From sequence record PP886230: a stretch of 64,000 nt of DNA; one strand, written 5' to 3'. Of this stretch, positions 11,401-19,987 are shown piece by piece. A program made the position numbers and the translations under genes. How positions within the stretch are numbered: position 1 is the stretch's first letter; every line of letters starts with the position of its first letter. Source of the stretch: Escherichia phage vB_EcoM_E9.1. Below the pieces are notes generated by a model that saw only the letters and a program-made list of their open reading frames with translations, made no database searches and was not told where the DNA came from.

Positions 11401-14400
11401 AAGAAATAAATTCACCAGTTACTAGAGAATTCTGACTCCAGATCACGAAATCTTTAGCAATAGTGTTCCAATCTTGTTGAGCACCACTATCATTTACATC
11501 TTCAAAAATCCAACCATGTTCTTTAAGATATTCACCATATCCACAAATAAAAGTATAAACTTCTTGGTAACTATTGAAAACTTTACCATATTCAATTGAA
11601 GCTTCAGACTTCCATTCATTATAATGAACAACATTACGGTTTTCCAATTTAAGAGTTACTTTTCTACCATTTTTTACGGGAAGTTTATATTTAAATTTAG
11701 CACCAACTAGATCATATCCATCAATCTGATATGCACTACCATTCCAAGTAATTTTGATCGCACTCATTTGCTCATCACGGATATTATTAGAACGAACAAG
11801 ACCAATGGTTTGGTTTTCTTGTGAAATAAGACCGAAAGATTTAGCATTGAATGTTAGCTGATCTGCTTTAGTAAATCCTCCAATTTTATGACCAACATTT
11901 ATATAAGAAGAACGAACTACATCCCCATACTTGGTGGTAATATTTTTATTTTGATACATCAAATGGTCACTTACAAACATTTGATAACCAATGGTTCTTG
12001 TGCTATTTTCACCATGAACTACTGTATTTTTATCAAAATTAATACGCTTACGTGTATCACCATAAAGGAATTGTGAACCATCAGTGAATACTTCTTTTAA
12101 GTTATCATTGCGGGTATCCCAGAAATAGTTAGCAAATTGTGCTGGTTTAGCTTTATACAAAAGCATCATTTGGTCATATGCAAACAATGTAGTGTTCATG
12201 TATGTAAATTCCATGTCACCCATATCACCATATGTCCAAGGTTCTGCTCTATGATTTAAAGATCCAGACACTAAACCTAAAATTTCAGGTGCAATATATT
12301 CAACCACACAAATATCAATACCAGAAGATGTTTTATTTCCAGTTTTTGTAATTTTGAATGGCTGTACACCAAATCTTTTATATTTGTCATATTGACCACG
12401 ACGATCACCAAATAAAATAGTTCCAGTACTGCTATCTCCAATAGTTCCGTCAATATCCCAAAGACCACTAGGAACTAAATCACCTTGCTCATTCATAACA
12501 AGTGCTTCATATACATATACAACATCACTATCACGTTCACCAACTTGAACAGCCGTTGGTTCGTATTCTTGGTTCCACCAAGTTGGACGTTGTGTAAAGC
12601 CAAACATTTCCCACGGATGGGTAGCTGGGCGATATGTACCATATTGGTCAGTGTAAATGGCACGCCATGAACCACGTGCAGGAATTTCAGTACTTTGGCC
12701 ATTAACTACATAATAAGTGCCAGTATAGTTCCAAGTTCTCCAATTGTTAGGATCATAATCATGTGTACTATTACTGATACCATTAGTTGCGGTGAAGTTA
12801 ATGTATCCACGTAGTAATAATGTTTGTTTCTCTTCAGCACTATATTCAGTTTTAGTGAAATATGGTGTAGGGAAAAGGTCATCACTATTCAATACTGGTA
12901 CGTAATCAACATCTTTGAATTTATTATCAATACTATTAAAAATTCTATTTTCTAATTCATATACAACATCATCCATTTTATCAACACCATTGATAACACG
13001 GTATGCTTTGGAAATAATACCAGTATGACTGATGTTATAACAGCTTGGTTTACTACCAGCAGTGAGGAATGTCGCTTTTTCTGGTACATATGCTTGAAGA
13101 ATACCTAAGAACTGTGGTGTTGGTGGTATAAATGCACGAATGAATCCAGAAGTACTTCCAACATTATCATAATAGAATGGGAATGAACTATCACGTCCCA
13201 TATTAATAGTAGTTAAAATTGCATCAACAATGTTTGCAGCACTATTTTGTAAAAAGTCTGATGGATTTTCATCATACATACGAAGCATTTGTGTATTAAA
13301 TTTATTAATGAATCTAAAATATTCAGATTGCATAAACATAGTTGCTTCAAACAAATCAATATCTTCATTTGCAGTATGTGCCATCAATGGAAGCATAGAT
13401 GCTTCATTTTGGATAATTTTAGTACCTACGCCATTATTAACCAATCCTTTAGCCAAACGTTCTTCATAGTCATTGAAATCATCAGAAGAACCACGTGTAA
13501 TGTTCTTTTGAATAATATCCTGAAAATGTAAAGTGTAGTCACCTTGGTTAATGTATATAATATTAGAATTATATGGGTTATTTTGTAGGTTGATTGGAAC
13601 TTCATATGCACCTAATTCTTTATTAGGAGTTACAGTACTGCTATAAGTTCTGATTTGAATAACAGAATCTTCATCCAATTCTACAGTACTATCTAGAGTG
13701 ATGCTTTGTACTTGACCTTTTGAAACATTTTTGGTATATTTGGACACATCAACACCATCAACCACAACTTCAATAATATCAGAGTCATTATCTAAAACTT
13801 TTTGTGCCAATTCGAATGTATGGTCATATTTTACAATCTGAACACCATCACCAGTAATTGGATGCCAATCTAGATAAGTTTCTCGGTCAGCTTTATAGTA
13901 CTGATATGTTCTATCAACTTCAATAACATATGCATACATACCATCAACTGGTTCTTTAAAAACTTCCATATCATAAACAGTACTGAATACACGATACATA
14001 TCAGTACGTTGGACTTGTGGAGTTTGTTTTACAAATTGTTTAGAGTACTCTTCTGAACGAACCCAATCGGTTTGAAGATTCATTTCATTATTTTCATCAA
14101 TAATGTTATAATAGTATAAACCATCAATTTCAACTTCTTTTCCAAGATGGTCATAGGTATAACGTTGGGATTGTAAAAAGTTTTCATAAATGTAATAATT
14201 ATAATCACCAAGTTCAATGTTATATCCATATACACTATCAGTTGCATAGTTGTAATTTATTTTAAAACCAAACAACTCTGAACCTTTAAAGTTACTTGAT
14301 GGATATGTAGTACTGTTGTCAAGTTTGATACCATTACGATCATAAAGTTGGAATTTAGGGAATACGTTAACACTAGTTTTTGATTGTGCACGAACCCACA

Positions 14401-15409
14401 AAGATCCATTCCAGTACATAGAACTATTACCATACTCATTACCTTTAGTGATTAGAACAACATCACCATCTTGTGGTTCACCACTTGGGCGTGATTCGGT
14501 TTCTTCTTCTGGATCTAGTGCTAAACCATAAACACGAGTACCATCTTGCATTTTTTTCACATATACATTATAAATTCTATTGTTTTCACCATTGTTACCA
14601 ATACTGGTGAATAGAATACGCATTCCATCTTGCGGAATAATACCATCAATACGTATACCACTATTAATATCTTTTTGAACGATATCTTCAGGTTTAATAA
14701 TATCAGAGAACAGATCAACAGTTCCACGGAATTTTGTACCGTAGTTAATTAGCTCAATATTTTTATTATATTCAATAATTGGTGCACGTGCACGAATAAA
14801 ACGTGAATCTTGCATTAATTCTTCAGTTAATATTGAGCCATCTTCTAATGTTTCACCTAAAGTATACCAAAAGTTTTGTAGTGACCATGTATTACCATTA
14901 AGTGCTCCACGTTCCATTACAATGTAATCAGGTGAAGTAATATTATAAGAGTTTTTAGTATCCCAAAGATATGAGCTAAAATTGTTCATTTTATTTGGGT
15001 TAATAGCTGGAGTCCATGCATAAAACTTACCGTTGAACAAACGGCTTTCATTATCGGTTAGTGCTCCATAATGATTCATGTATCCAACTAGATCATCATA
15101 AAATTGAATTGAACGAATTGTCGAATCATCATTTTTTGAGACGTAAGCAGTGGACAACTGATAAAGTTGACGTGCTACAGTACTTTCATGTAAGAAGATA
15201 TTACCAGCAGCGGCAGGAGAACCCATATCACCAATATAGCCGTCAACTAATTCGTTTTCAGCCGGATTAAACCATTGTTGAATAACATCATCACTGACTT
15301 TTTGAATATCTTCTAAGCCTTGCATCCACTCAGGCAATCTTTTAATAAAAAGCTTCTTCTGTACTGCTTCAGCCATCTGTGTAGGTTGAAACTTAAAATT
15401 ATTAGTCAT
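5438..15409 (-). CDS. giant virion protein, about 3320 aa; possibly a baseplate/fibre protein in the gp7 position
   Basis: Uninterrupted 10-kb ORF directly downstream of the gp6-like gene. The second ATG (15409) has a GGAG SD; the first ATG (15439) does not. No catalytic motif recognised. Confidence 0.7.
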   Translation of the reverse strand: MTNNFKFQPTQMAEAVQKKLFIKRLPEWMQGLEDIQKVSDDVIQQWFNPAENELVDGYIGDMGSPAAAGNIFLHESTVARQLYQLSTAYVSKNDDSTIRSIQFYDDLVGYMNHYGALTDNESRLFNGKFYAWTPAINPNKMNNFSSYLWDTKNSYNITSPDYIVMERGALNGNTWSLQNFWYTLGETLEDGSILTEELMQDSRFIRARAPIIEYNKNIELINYGTKFRGTVDLFSDIIKPEDIVQKDINSGIRIDGIIPQDGMRILFTSIGNNGENNRIYNVYVKKMQDGTRVYGLALDPEEETESRPSGEPQDGDVVLITKGNEYGNSSMYWNGSLWVRAQSKTSVNVFPKFQLYDRNGIKLDNSTTYPSSNFKGSELFGFKINYNYATDSVYGYNIELGDYNYYIYENFLQSQRYTYDHLGKEVEIDGLYYYNIIDENNEMNLQTDWVRSEEYSKQFVKQTPQVQRTDMYRVFSTVYDMEVFKEPVDGMYAYVIEVDRTYQYYKADRETYLDWHPITGDGVQIVKYDHTFELAQKVLDNDSDIIEVVVDGVDVSKYTKNVSKGQVQSITLDSTVELDEDSVIQIRTYSSTVTPNKELGAYEVPINLQNNPYNSNIIYINQGDYTLHFQDIIQKNITRGSSDDFNDYEERLAKGLVNNGVGTKIIQNEASMLPLMAHTANEDIDLFEATMFMQSEYFRFINKFNTQMLRMYDENPSDFLQNSAANIVDAILTTINMGRDSSFPFYYDNVGSTSGFIRAFIPPTPQFLGILQAYVPEKATFLTAGSKPSCYNISHTGIISKAYRVINGVDKMDDVVYELENRIFNSIDNKFKDVDYVPVLNSDDLFPTPYFTKTEYSAEEKQTLLLRGYINFTATNGISNSTHDYDPNNWRTWNYTGTYYVVNGQSTEIPARGSWRAIYTDQYGTYRPATHPWEMFGFTQRPTWWNQEYEPTAVQVGERDSDVVYVYEALVMNEQGDLVPSGLWDIDGTIGDSSTGTILFGDRRGQYDKYKRFGVQPFKITKTGNKTSSGIDICVVEYIAPEILGLVSGSLNHRAEPWTYGDMGDMEFTYMNTTLFAYDQMMLLYKAKPAQFANYFWDTRNDNLKEVFTDGSQFLYGDTRKRINFDKNTVVHGENSTRTIGYQMFVSDHLMYQNKNITTKYGDVVRSSYINVGHKIGGFTKADQLTFNAKSFGLISQENQTIGLVRSNNIRDEQMSAIKITWNGSAYQIDGYDLVGAKFKYKLPVKNGRKVTLKLENRNVVHYNEWKSEASIEYGKVFNSYQEVYTFICGYGEYLKEHGWIFEDVNDSGAQQDWNTIAKDFVIWSQNSLVTGEFISCTPSSANAKFGADFGSVQSITQNNGGVWSLLDDNNQGIRQYEIETSRIGNIFTVRTLESNKRIALIRLSLCSYEHAVIFDDKTIFGDYIYQPTYGSIQELIKMYGYITGSWTGRLQAPGFIILEAGTLPSFEKLVSDFQHYYDSETPVSDVQLQELSNHLIGYQSRDYLQRMISSDVSRVDFYKGFIHDKGTNQVLERVLRVSKSYDTDEYKALQEWAFKIGTYGNIDGKKNLQFKLINDQFKQQPQMVSFDVNATSNGNGNNIVYFGEQGKDPRWITRPNGKFSFPMRSGRSENIQLPDIGPVTLDEVSYTTKDFSTAYNDRITYTNGKGENPESVWMFKDGNGLWNIFELVDTNVQMVSITPIENTDVYAEQFCKVTLTDNVPLEDGDYYYFVDETNFMPDTLTVESQYYTAGSDPKVMVVPFDTSIDIEFTDPDTRPRLYRYVSRFASAEERQAYIDKKYSYKAPQSTFFDRPTTYDERTNITALYLNVYDPINGVIPGAAMQNVTYTSPIDPAQYNSNGELIQAWGADKVGQVWWNTSTAFYLDYTRAIYDADGNVDIDATNEYKRYNWGRLLPHSTIDVLEWVCSPVEPYNWDKYCKDVAKKNKNNTMYLPSGTALEDNYSTFLEYDSSTDTYVTKYYFWVRDTIYVPPLHTRTKSCTDIARIIKDPSQLNIPWFAPINENSFILSNMQFKVNDDTSILTISYYMDNTEVVKHDQYQLCKEGDSYNFNPLIWDSMWNSLIGQETTESGSVINLLYPDVDNGLGSNKTWFQNVIEARRNFVESANNYYRSQNITTNSVVMEDVFNVKTTEVNPNEVSFRVLSYNNELVIAVESDKFKENDAVILSTSGYLPNPLTSSAVYFIHFDENGYIQLMNSPANAGSVVTITLENKGEGQHKMIKQSDYVESLGTSLDMTQYWSYADWYDVGYDSNTTYTQESSLEDANTKNYQVGDIIRVTDSENIWTLYIKSQSRDSIYWKAIGRENSTVELNDMLYADYSVHNDNGSLSNREINVRKALALLKNSFDLHQSEIVFDMVKYVHVEQSVVDWVFKTSYIYIVGLEQSLVQNYSNDNLINQIVEYFEEVKPYRTKIRSQIEQKTSDDDLIKGLCNDLDPNGYIFVDGYWIKTEKDIWDYEYAQFNEITQKWEQVGSLPSDFVTPNRRFQEIDIIMHYDNIQCKPNEDLASINELVSVNNKYQSNEKDAVSNYELQRYIYSFPEYSEETFDLLIAYQMQIYYPELDVTLGTAYGVNQWYKDHAEDLEATDEFTATLERVYKESTHNDMFTDLRQYVQYNTLANRLKLYKDISDEKIHDEVGCGFSGLTYNDNPSTRLPLGFSSSNDYNYGYFEISSELYQKYISLIKDKNPDASDYEVKVKLEVEYGVYVYRYDEVGGDTRFYTDAIHVLAGMRGLFDKDATDKYEKAEEILSKTPIDIYAITMIPRKYVYLNVNGVYQSIPDEQSIDDFMEDYFITNGEMVELAEINLDDLPLDQNNPMYSDYQYILDSITEAKYFNDMNAFDNLALESQTSSIKWEVKDDEVDPYIVDISDINPSGRDVGQIRFTVDGYGFDNVSLVQLRDNSRYQTEGMAIINPYKHTEAIVSIPSYAKIENDINKTTSKFDEKYFYRVRSINSLTEAEIVDNDLSDGDKVMIFTPDGEDFVRYQNHTWETILRVSNIKNNTTPILFTVRNTGKETIELIDESTGAVLRYDNITLAQQNEPVQPLALNIVRVRTFADPEFVKNGIKLYEQNRNYTIDVINYDVFYDTTLNGGKYNDGITPDDVDVWIISNEIFDVDGITIDNGYNLPITGAGVLSELARTKMTDSLEINVIEYDSSVIQPFRNNEGIWVYGFPMVDGMYIGVVGGTVTNITTISEENTTYVSQPKSISPYSIRNNVLSGSAANMNDIISIGYEKVEVRNANNLLRGVMYSAEHDFKLNTTYSFNGINLGNYDMLKRYTQNSYTIDLSVYTDSLQVSGNDIKNILLVK

Positions 15410-15455
15410 TTTTGGACTCCATATAATTCGTTCATTCATTTGATTTATTTATGAT

Positions 15456-15483
15456 ATAAAAAAGGCGTTCCGAAGAACGCCCG
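15456..15483 (-). terminator. intrinsic terminator with UUCG tetraloop
   Basis: On the minus strand GGCGTTC-uucg-GAACGCC followed by a U-run; downstream of the 1153-aa gene. Confidence 0.6.
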
Positions 15484-15488
15484 TTATA

Positions 15489-18400
15489 TTAAGAACCGAT
15501 ATTAATATTACTTTTAGCTAGTGAGTTAACAATTTGAACATTTTCAACAGATGCAGTACTCAAAAATATTTGGTCTGAACGTGAAGGGATTTCAAATAGA
15601 GAGCCAAATTTTGAATTTGGATTTTGTGCAACTATAACAATGGTACTAATATGTCTACCTAACTGTGAGTGTATGTAAGTACACAAATCAGTATAATAGA
15701 AACTTTCACCGAAATCCCAGTTATCAACATTGAAGTATTCATTAGTTAATGCTATAACATTTTGACGAATTTCATCGTCACTCATTGTGCTGTTTGGTAA
15801 TTTCACTACTTTAAAATCAGCTTTGTAATCTTCAGCAGCACTGTTGCCAAATAAAGGTAAGTACTCAGCACTATGCCAAATAATACTATCACTAATGACT
15901 ATTTTTTGTTCAACATCTTTGAACATATCTTTCAATTCAACCGATGTAGGTGGTTTAGGAATACTACCAACAGCATTATTTTTCAACCAAACGTCAACTT
16001 CAGTTTTATATGAATTGGTTAATACATACATATCAATTAAGTTTGTTCTACTAGGATCAATGCGATTGTCGTCAGGTGCATAGTGTTTCCAATGGAAGTC
16101 TATACTAGTACGTGCATTAGTTTTAACAGTGTACTGTGAAGTAACATCTTTGTATCCATAATAATCTAGCTTCTGATTCTCGTCAGCATTAGTTCCCATG
16201 TTATTAATTGCACGATAAAAAGCCAATTCAGGACTAACAGTGCCAGTATCATCGGAATAAGTTAAATTACTAATTAGCTGTCCTAAACGATCATTGTTGT
16301 TACCAACTGTTTGTTCAATAAAATAATATTTACCATCATAGTTAAAACCAACTAAAAATCCAGAACCTTTACTATATAATCCACTCAATGTGGTTGAACG
16401 AATTGCGTTATTTCTAACAAATTCAGTTCTTTTATATGCATTCGGCTCTGCCAAGGCTTGTTCCATTGTATAAGACCACGATGAATCAAGAAGTGTGAAG
16501 GTATCATTTGGTAACGACAGTACTGATATAGTGAAATCACTATTTTCCTGAAATACCAAAATACCACCATATTTTAATGCATCGGTTCCAGTCCAAGTAG
16601 GAACAATTTCTTTAAATTGGTTTGGTTCCAATGGTATACCATTACTATCTACTTTCCTAGATGTAACAATAACACGAGAACCATCTAGATAGCCATTCTC
16701 TTGTTGAATTGTGTCATAAATTTGAAAATCTATATTACTTGTCAATCCTGAATTACTACTACTAGTAGTGTTAGATGATAAAATTTCAATCTTATCACTT
16801 TGAACTGTACCAGTACTAATATCAGTAATTTTTTTAGATGATACAAAGTAAAATCTTACTTTTTCTCCACCCACAAAAATATATTCAATACCGTTAGCAT
16901 CAAATTCCCAAGTTTCTGCTGTATATTTTACATTAATTATAATTAAAACTTCATTACCATTATATACAATAGTATCATCATTGGTACTTACTTCAATAGG
17001 AACCCATGATGTCGTTTCTTTGTCATGTACAATAACAAAATCAGTTTTTTTATCTAGCATAGCAGAAATTGCTTGAACTTCAACCGAGTTAAATCTAGTT
17101 CTATATGGTAAAATGTACTCTATGGCTTGCATTCCACTTGGAACCGATGTACTCAGTACATAAAATCCATTATCCAATACACTAACTACACTAGCCCATA
17201 TAGTAGTTCCAGAATTAGAAAATTTAATTAGAGTACCAACCTGATATGAACCATAAACTGTACCAGATGAACCCAAAATTCTACCATATGTGTTAGTTGT
17301 ATAATTTGAATTGTATACCGGAGTCCATGCTTGTTGTATTTCAATACCAATTGTATTTGAAGGAAACGCTTGGTAACGTTGTATTACCGCATTTTCACCA
17401 ATCAATGGTTGAATATTGTCAATAACAATACTAGCATTTGTTTTTGTGGTTGGTAGCAATAATGACCTATTAAATTGTGTGTTTTCTTGATATAACGCAC
17501 CATCATCACTAAAAACATCGGTATTTTGATACTTACCAGTAGGATCATTAATATCAATAAATCTTGATTGTCCACTATAAATTCTATTAATAGCTTTAGA
17601 TTTAAGTACAGTATTGCCTAAACTAAGTGGTGCAATATTATAATCTTCACCATTGACAAAACGGTTTTGTGTATAGTACATTTGTGGTGCACGTGCTTTA
17701 ATCTGCTCAATAGTCTCTGCACTTTGTGCACGGTCGGACTCATATTGTAATGAAAAACGTATATCCAATGTACTAGATTCATAACTTGACTGTGTTTTTG
17801 TACGATATGTATATTTTACGCTTTTGTTTTGAATTTCAGAAGTTTTAATGTTATATGTTTTACCATTACTAACACGATACCATACGCGGAACGTCCCACG
17901 GGGAACAACACCACTTCTTGAGTCTGGATACTTAATTGTTATTTGATCTTTATCACGAGTAGTAACAGCAAAAATTGTTTTTAATTGACGATTAACAGTG
18001 TTATATGCAATACTTTCCATTGATGGAACTTTTGTCCATTTGGTACGAACAATACCATCTTCATTTATTTCTTGAACCCATACATCAGTTTCGTTGATAT
18101 TATCAACGTTAATATCTTGTATACGGTTCTCTTCACGGATAGCATATTGATAATCTTGATATGTCAATGTACCTTGTACGAAATATACAAAAAAACCAGT
18201 ATTTGGTGAGCTAAATCCATTACCATCATTTTGATAAACAATATATTTTTGCTCTTGTGGTTCTGGATGTCGTTCTTCAACACCAACAGACGTAATATCA
18301 GGATTCACTACTTCAAATGTCATAGATTCACCATTGACAGTTGCAATAAATGGAATACTGGGTGCTGTCATTGGGATGGTGTTCATTCGATATAGTTGAC

Positions 18401-18950
18401 GGGAGACACCATTAACATCAATACGCTTGACTGGATTACCAAATTGGTTAGTACTGACAAATGAACTGTTCATTACTAGAATGAAGTTTTCATACCAGTT
18501 AGCATCCATCGGGTCATTCCAACGAATGATTTTATCTTTTAATGATTCATTAAAACTATTACGAACATCTTGGTTTGTTTTAATTTCGGTTAATTTAGCA
18601 ACTGCACGACCTGGATATGAGCGGCGTGGTGAGTAAGAAATCATTTTAGCTAGTTTTAGTACTGATGCACGACGAGTTGCAGTATCTAAAAAGTTTTCAC
18701 GTGTGTTCAAATCCATACGAAATGCCAAGTTCTGCCCTAGCATAGAAATCGTATCTAAAATAAAAATAAACTGGTCGTTTTCGATCCAGTCGTTGAATGA
18801 GTCTGGGTAAGTTGCACGTAGATAATCAATCATACTCTGACGGATAGTATCGAAGTCATAAGCTGTAAGATTGATTTTATAAAAACTTTCATATACTTGA
18901 GTCCAATCCTCACCAGCGTATAAATTTGATTGCCTTTTTTGTTGTGACAT
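15489..18950 (-). CDS. baseplate wedge protein, gp6 / Baseplate_J-like, 1153 aa
   Basis: Assigned mainly by position (immediately after the gp25-like gene, the usual gp25-gp6 order in contractile tails) and size; no motif verified. Confidence 0.45.
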   Translation of the reverse strand: MSQQKRQSNLYAGEDWTQVYESFYKINLTAYDFDTIRQSMIDYLRATYPDSFNDWIENDQFIFILDTISMLGQNLAFRMDLNTRENFLDTATRRASVLKLAKMISYSPRRSYPGRAVAKLTEIKTNQDVRNSFNESLKDKIIRWNDPMDANWYENFILVMNSSFVSTNQFGNPVKRIDVNGVSRQLYRMNTIPMTAPSIPFIATVNGESMTFEVVNPDITSVGVEERHPEPQEQKYIVYQNDGNGFSSPNTGFFVYFVQGTLTYQDYQYAIREENRIQDINVDNINETDVWVQEINEDGIVRTKWTKVPSMESIAYNTVNRQLKTIFAVTTRDKDQITIKYPDSRSGVVPRGTFRVWYRVSNGKTYNIKTSEIQNKSVKYTYRTKTQSSYESSTLDIRFSLQYESDRAQSAETIEQIKARAPQMYYTQNRFVNGEDYNIAPLSLGNTVLKSKAINRIYSGQSRFIDINDPTGKYQNTDVFSDDGALYQENTQFNRSLLLPTTKTNASIVIDNIQPLIGENAVIQRYQAFPSNTIGIEIQQAWTPVYNSNYTTNTYGRILGSSGTVYGSYQVGTLIKFSNSGTTIWASVVSVLDNGFYVLSTSVPSGMQAIEYILPYRTRFNSVEVQAISAMLDKKTDFVIVHDKETTSWVPIEVSTNDDTIVYNGNEVLIIINVKYTAETWEFDANGIEYIFVGGEKVRFYFVSSKKITDISTGTVQSDKIEILSSNTTSSSNSGLTSNIDFQIYDTIQQENGYLDGSRVIVTSRKVDSNGIPLEPNQFKEIVPTWTGTDALKYGGILVFQENSDFTISVLSLPNDTFTLLDSSWSYTMEQALAEPNAYKRTEFVRNNAIRSTTLSGLYSKGSGFLVGFNYDGKYYFIEQTVGNNNDRLGQLISNLTYSDDTGTVSPELAFYRAINNMGTNADENQKLDYYGYKDVTSQYTVKTNARTSIDFHWKHYAPDDNRIDPSRTNLIDMYVLTNSYKTEVDVWLKNNAVGSIPKPPTSVELKDMFKDVEQKIVISDSIIWHSAEYLPLFGNSAAEDYKADFKVVKLPNSTMSDDEIRQNVIALTNEYFNVDNWDFGESFYYTDLCTYIHSQLGRHISTIVIVAQNPNSKFGSLFEIPSRSDQIFLSTASVENVQIVNSLAKSNINIGS

Positions 18951-19015
18951 AATTTATTCCTTTAAATCAGTAAAGTACTAGTTCAGTACTGGGAATTATA
19001 TATAGAAATATTTAT

Positions 19016-19046
19016 TCAAAAAGAAAAGCACTCCGAAGAGTGCTTT
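19016..19046 (-). terminator. intrinsic terminator with UUCG tetraloop
   Basis: On the minus strand AAGCACTC-uucg-GAGTGCTT followed by a U-rich run. Confidence 0.6.
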
Positions 19047-19051
19047 TGTAA

Positions 19052-19447
19052 TTATAAAGACGATACTGAATATGTTGCCATTCTGTTATTACTTCTTGCA
19101 TCGAATACAATAGTAAGTTCTTCTAATGTATCCAATACTACGTACTGTAATACAATATTCATTTGGTATCCATATTCTATTCTTGAAATTTGCAATTTCT
19201 TAAGATTTAAGCGTGGATCTAAGCTAATTATTCTACGGGCATCTGCTTCCAAAAGGTTGATAGTATTATAACCTTCCAATTCAAACAGCAAATCCCATGC
19301 AATAAAACCATAGTCAGCATCAAATGCTCTTTCGCCTTTTTTTGTATTGAAATGATTCATTAAATCTTGGCGAACCAATTCACTATCATACAATGTTTCA
19401 GTTCTACCCACTACTGGGGTAGAAAAACCTTTAAAAACAACTGCCAT
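19052..19447 (-). CDS. gp25-like baseplate wedge subunit, 131 aa
   Basis: Size and position match T4 gp25 (132 aa) between the lysozyme/spike genes and the gp6-like gene. Confidence 0.55.
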   Translation of the reverse strand: MAVVFKGFSTPVVGRTETLYDSELVRQDLMNHFNTKKGERAFDADYGFIAWDLLFELEGYNTINLLEADARRIISLDPRLNLKKLQISRIEYGYQMNIVLQYVVLDTLEELTIVFDARSNNRMATYSVSSL

Positions 19448-19462
19448 TGACTATTTCCTTTA

Positions 19463-19951
19463 TTATACGGATTCAACAATACGTGCCATCTTTTCCGCTC
19501 TTGAAGTGGTTTGTTTATACCATGTACTATCACGCAATTCCTTACCAGCAGTTTTATAATCAGCCTTACCTAATGCGGTCATTGCTTTTTTAAATTTTAA
19601 AACTTTGGTTTTGCCCATCTGGAATACCATCAACCATAATACACGTTGAACCTGTACAGGTGCGGTCATACCAAATTGTTCATAAATTGATTTTGCATCA
19701 TTGTACGCAGTTTGAGCATCTTTAAGAAGAAGTTGGTCAGCTTGTGCTTCTGTTAAACCATTCTTGAAATTTTCACCAGGTAAAACTAGGTGACCATAGC
19801 CAATAGTATCAAGACCTAAGCTGTCTTTATATACCCAAAACTTATCATTTTTAAAATAACCAAGTTTTTTCTGATAAGCAATAGTTCCTTCAAATTCTTT
19901 AATTTCCTTAAAAAATTGCTCATCTGTATTTTTAATTTCCCATTTACTCAT
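19463..19951 (-). CDS. T4-type lysozyme (endolysin-like), 162 aa
   Basis: EFEGT...DTIGYGH catalytic region (Glu/Asp/Thr equivalents present), MVFQMG and WY.QT..RA motifs as in T4 lysozyme. Confidence 0.85.
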   Translation of the reverse strand: MSKWEIKNTDEQFFKEIKEFEGTIAYQKKLGYFKNDKFWVYKDSLGLDTIGYGHLVLPGENFKNGLTEAQADQLLLKDAQTAYNDAKSIYEQFGMTAPVQVQRVLWLMVFQMGKTKVLKFKKAMTALGKADYKTAGKELRDSTWYKQTTSRAEKMARIVESV

Positions 19952-19987
19952 AAAGATATCCTCGTTTTATTTATAGTACTAAAATAT

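Noticed and set aside
8374-15270. Numerous 60-80-aa ORFs on both strands inside the 10-kb giant gene
   Set aside because: Short and hydrophobic or low-complexity, with no ribosome-binding sites; expected by chance in a long AT-rich region. The long frame is the real gene.
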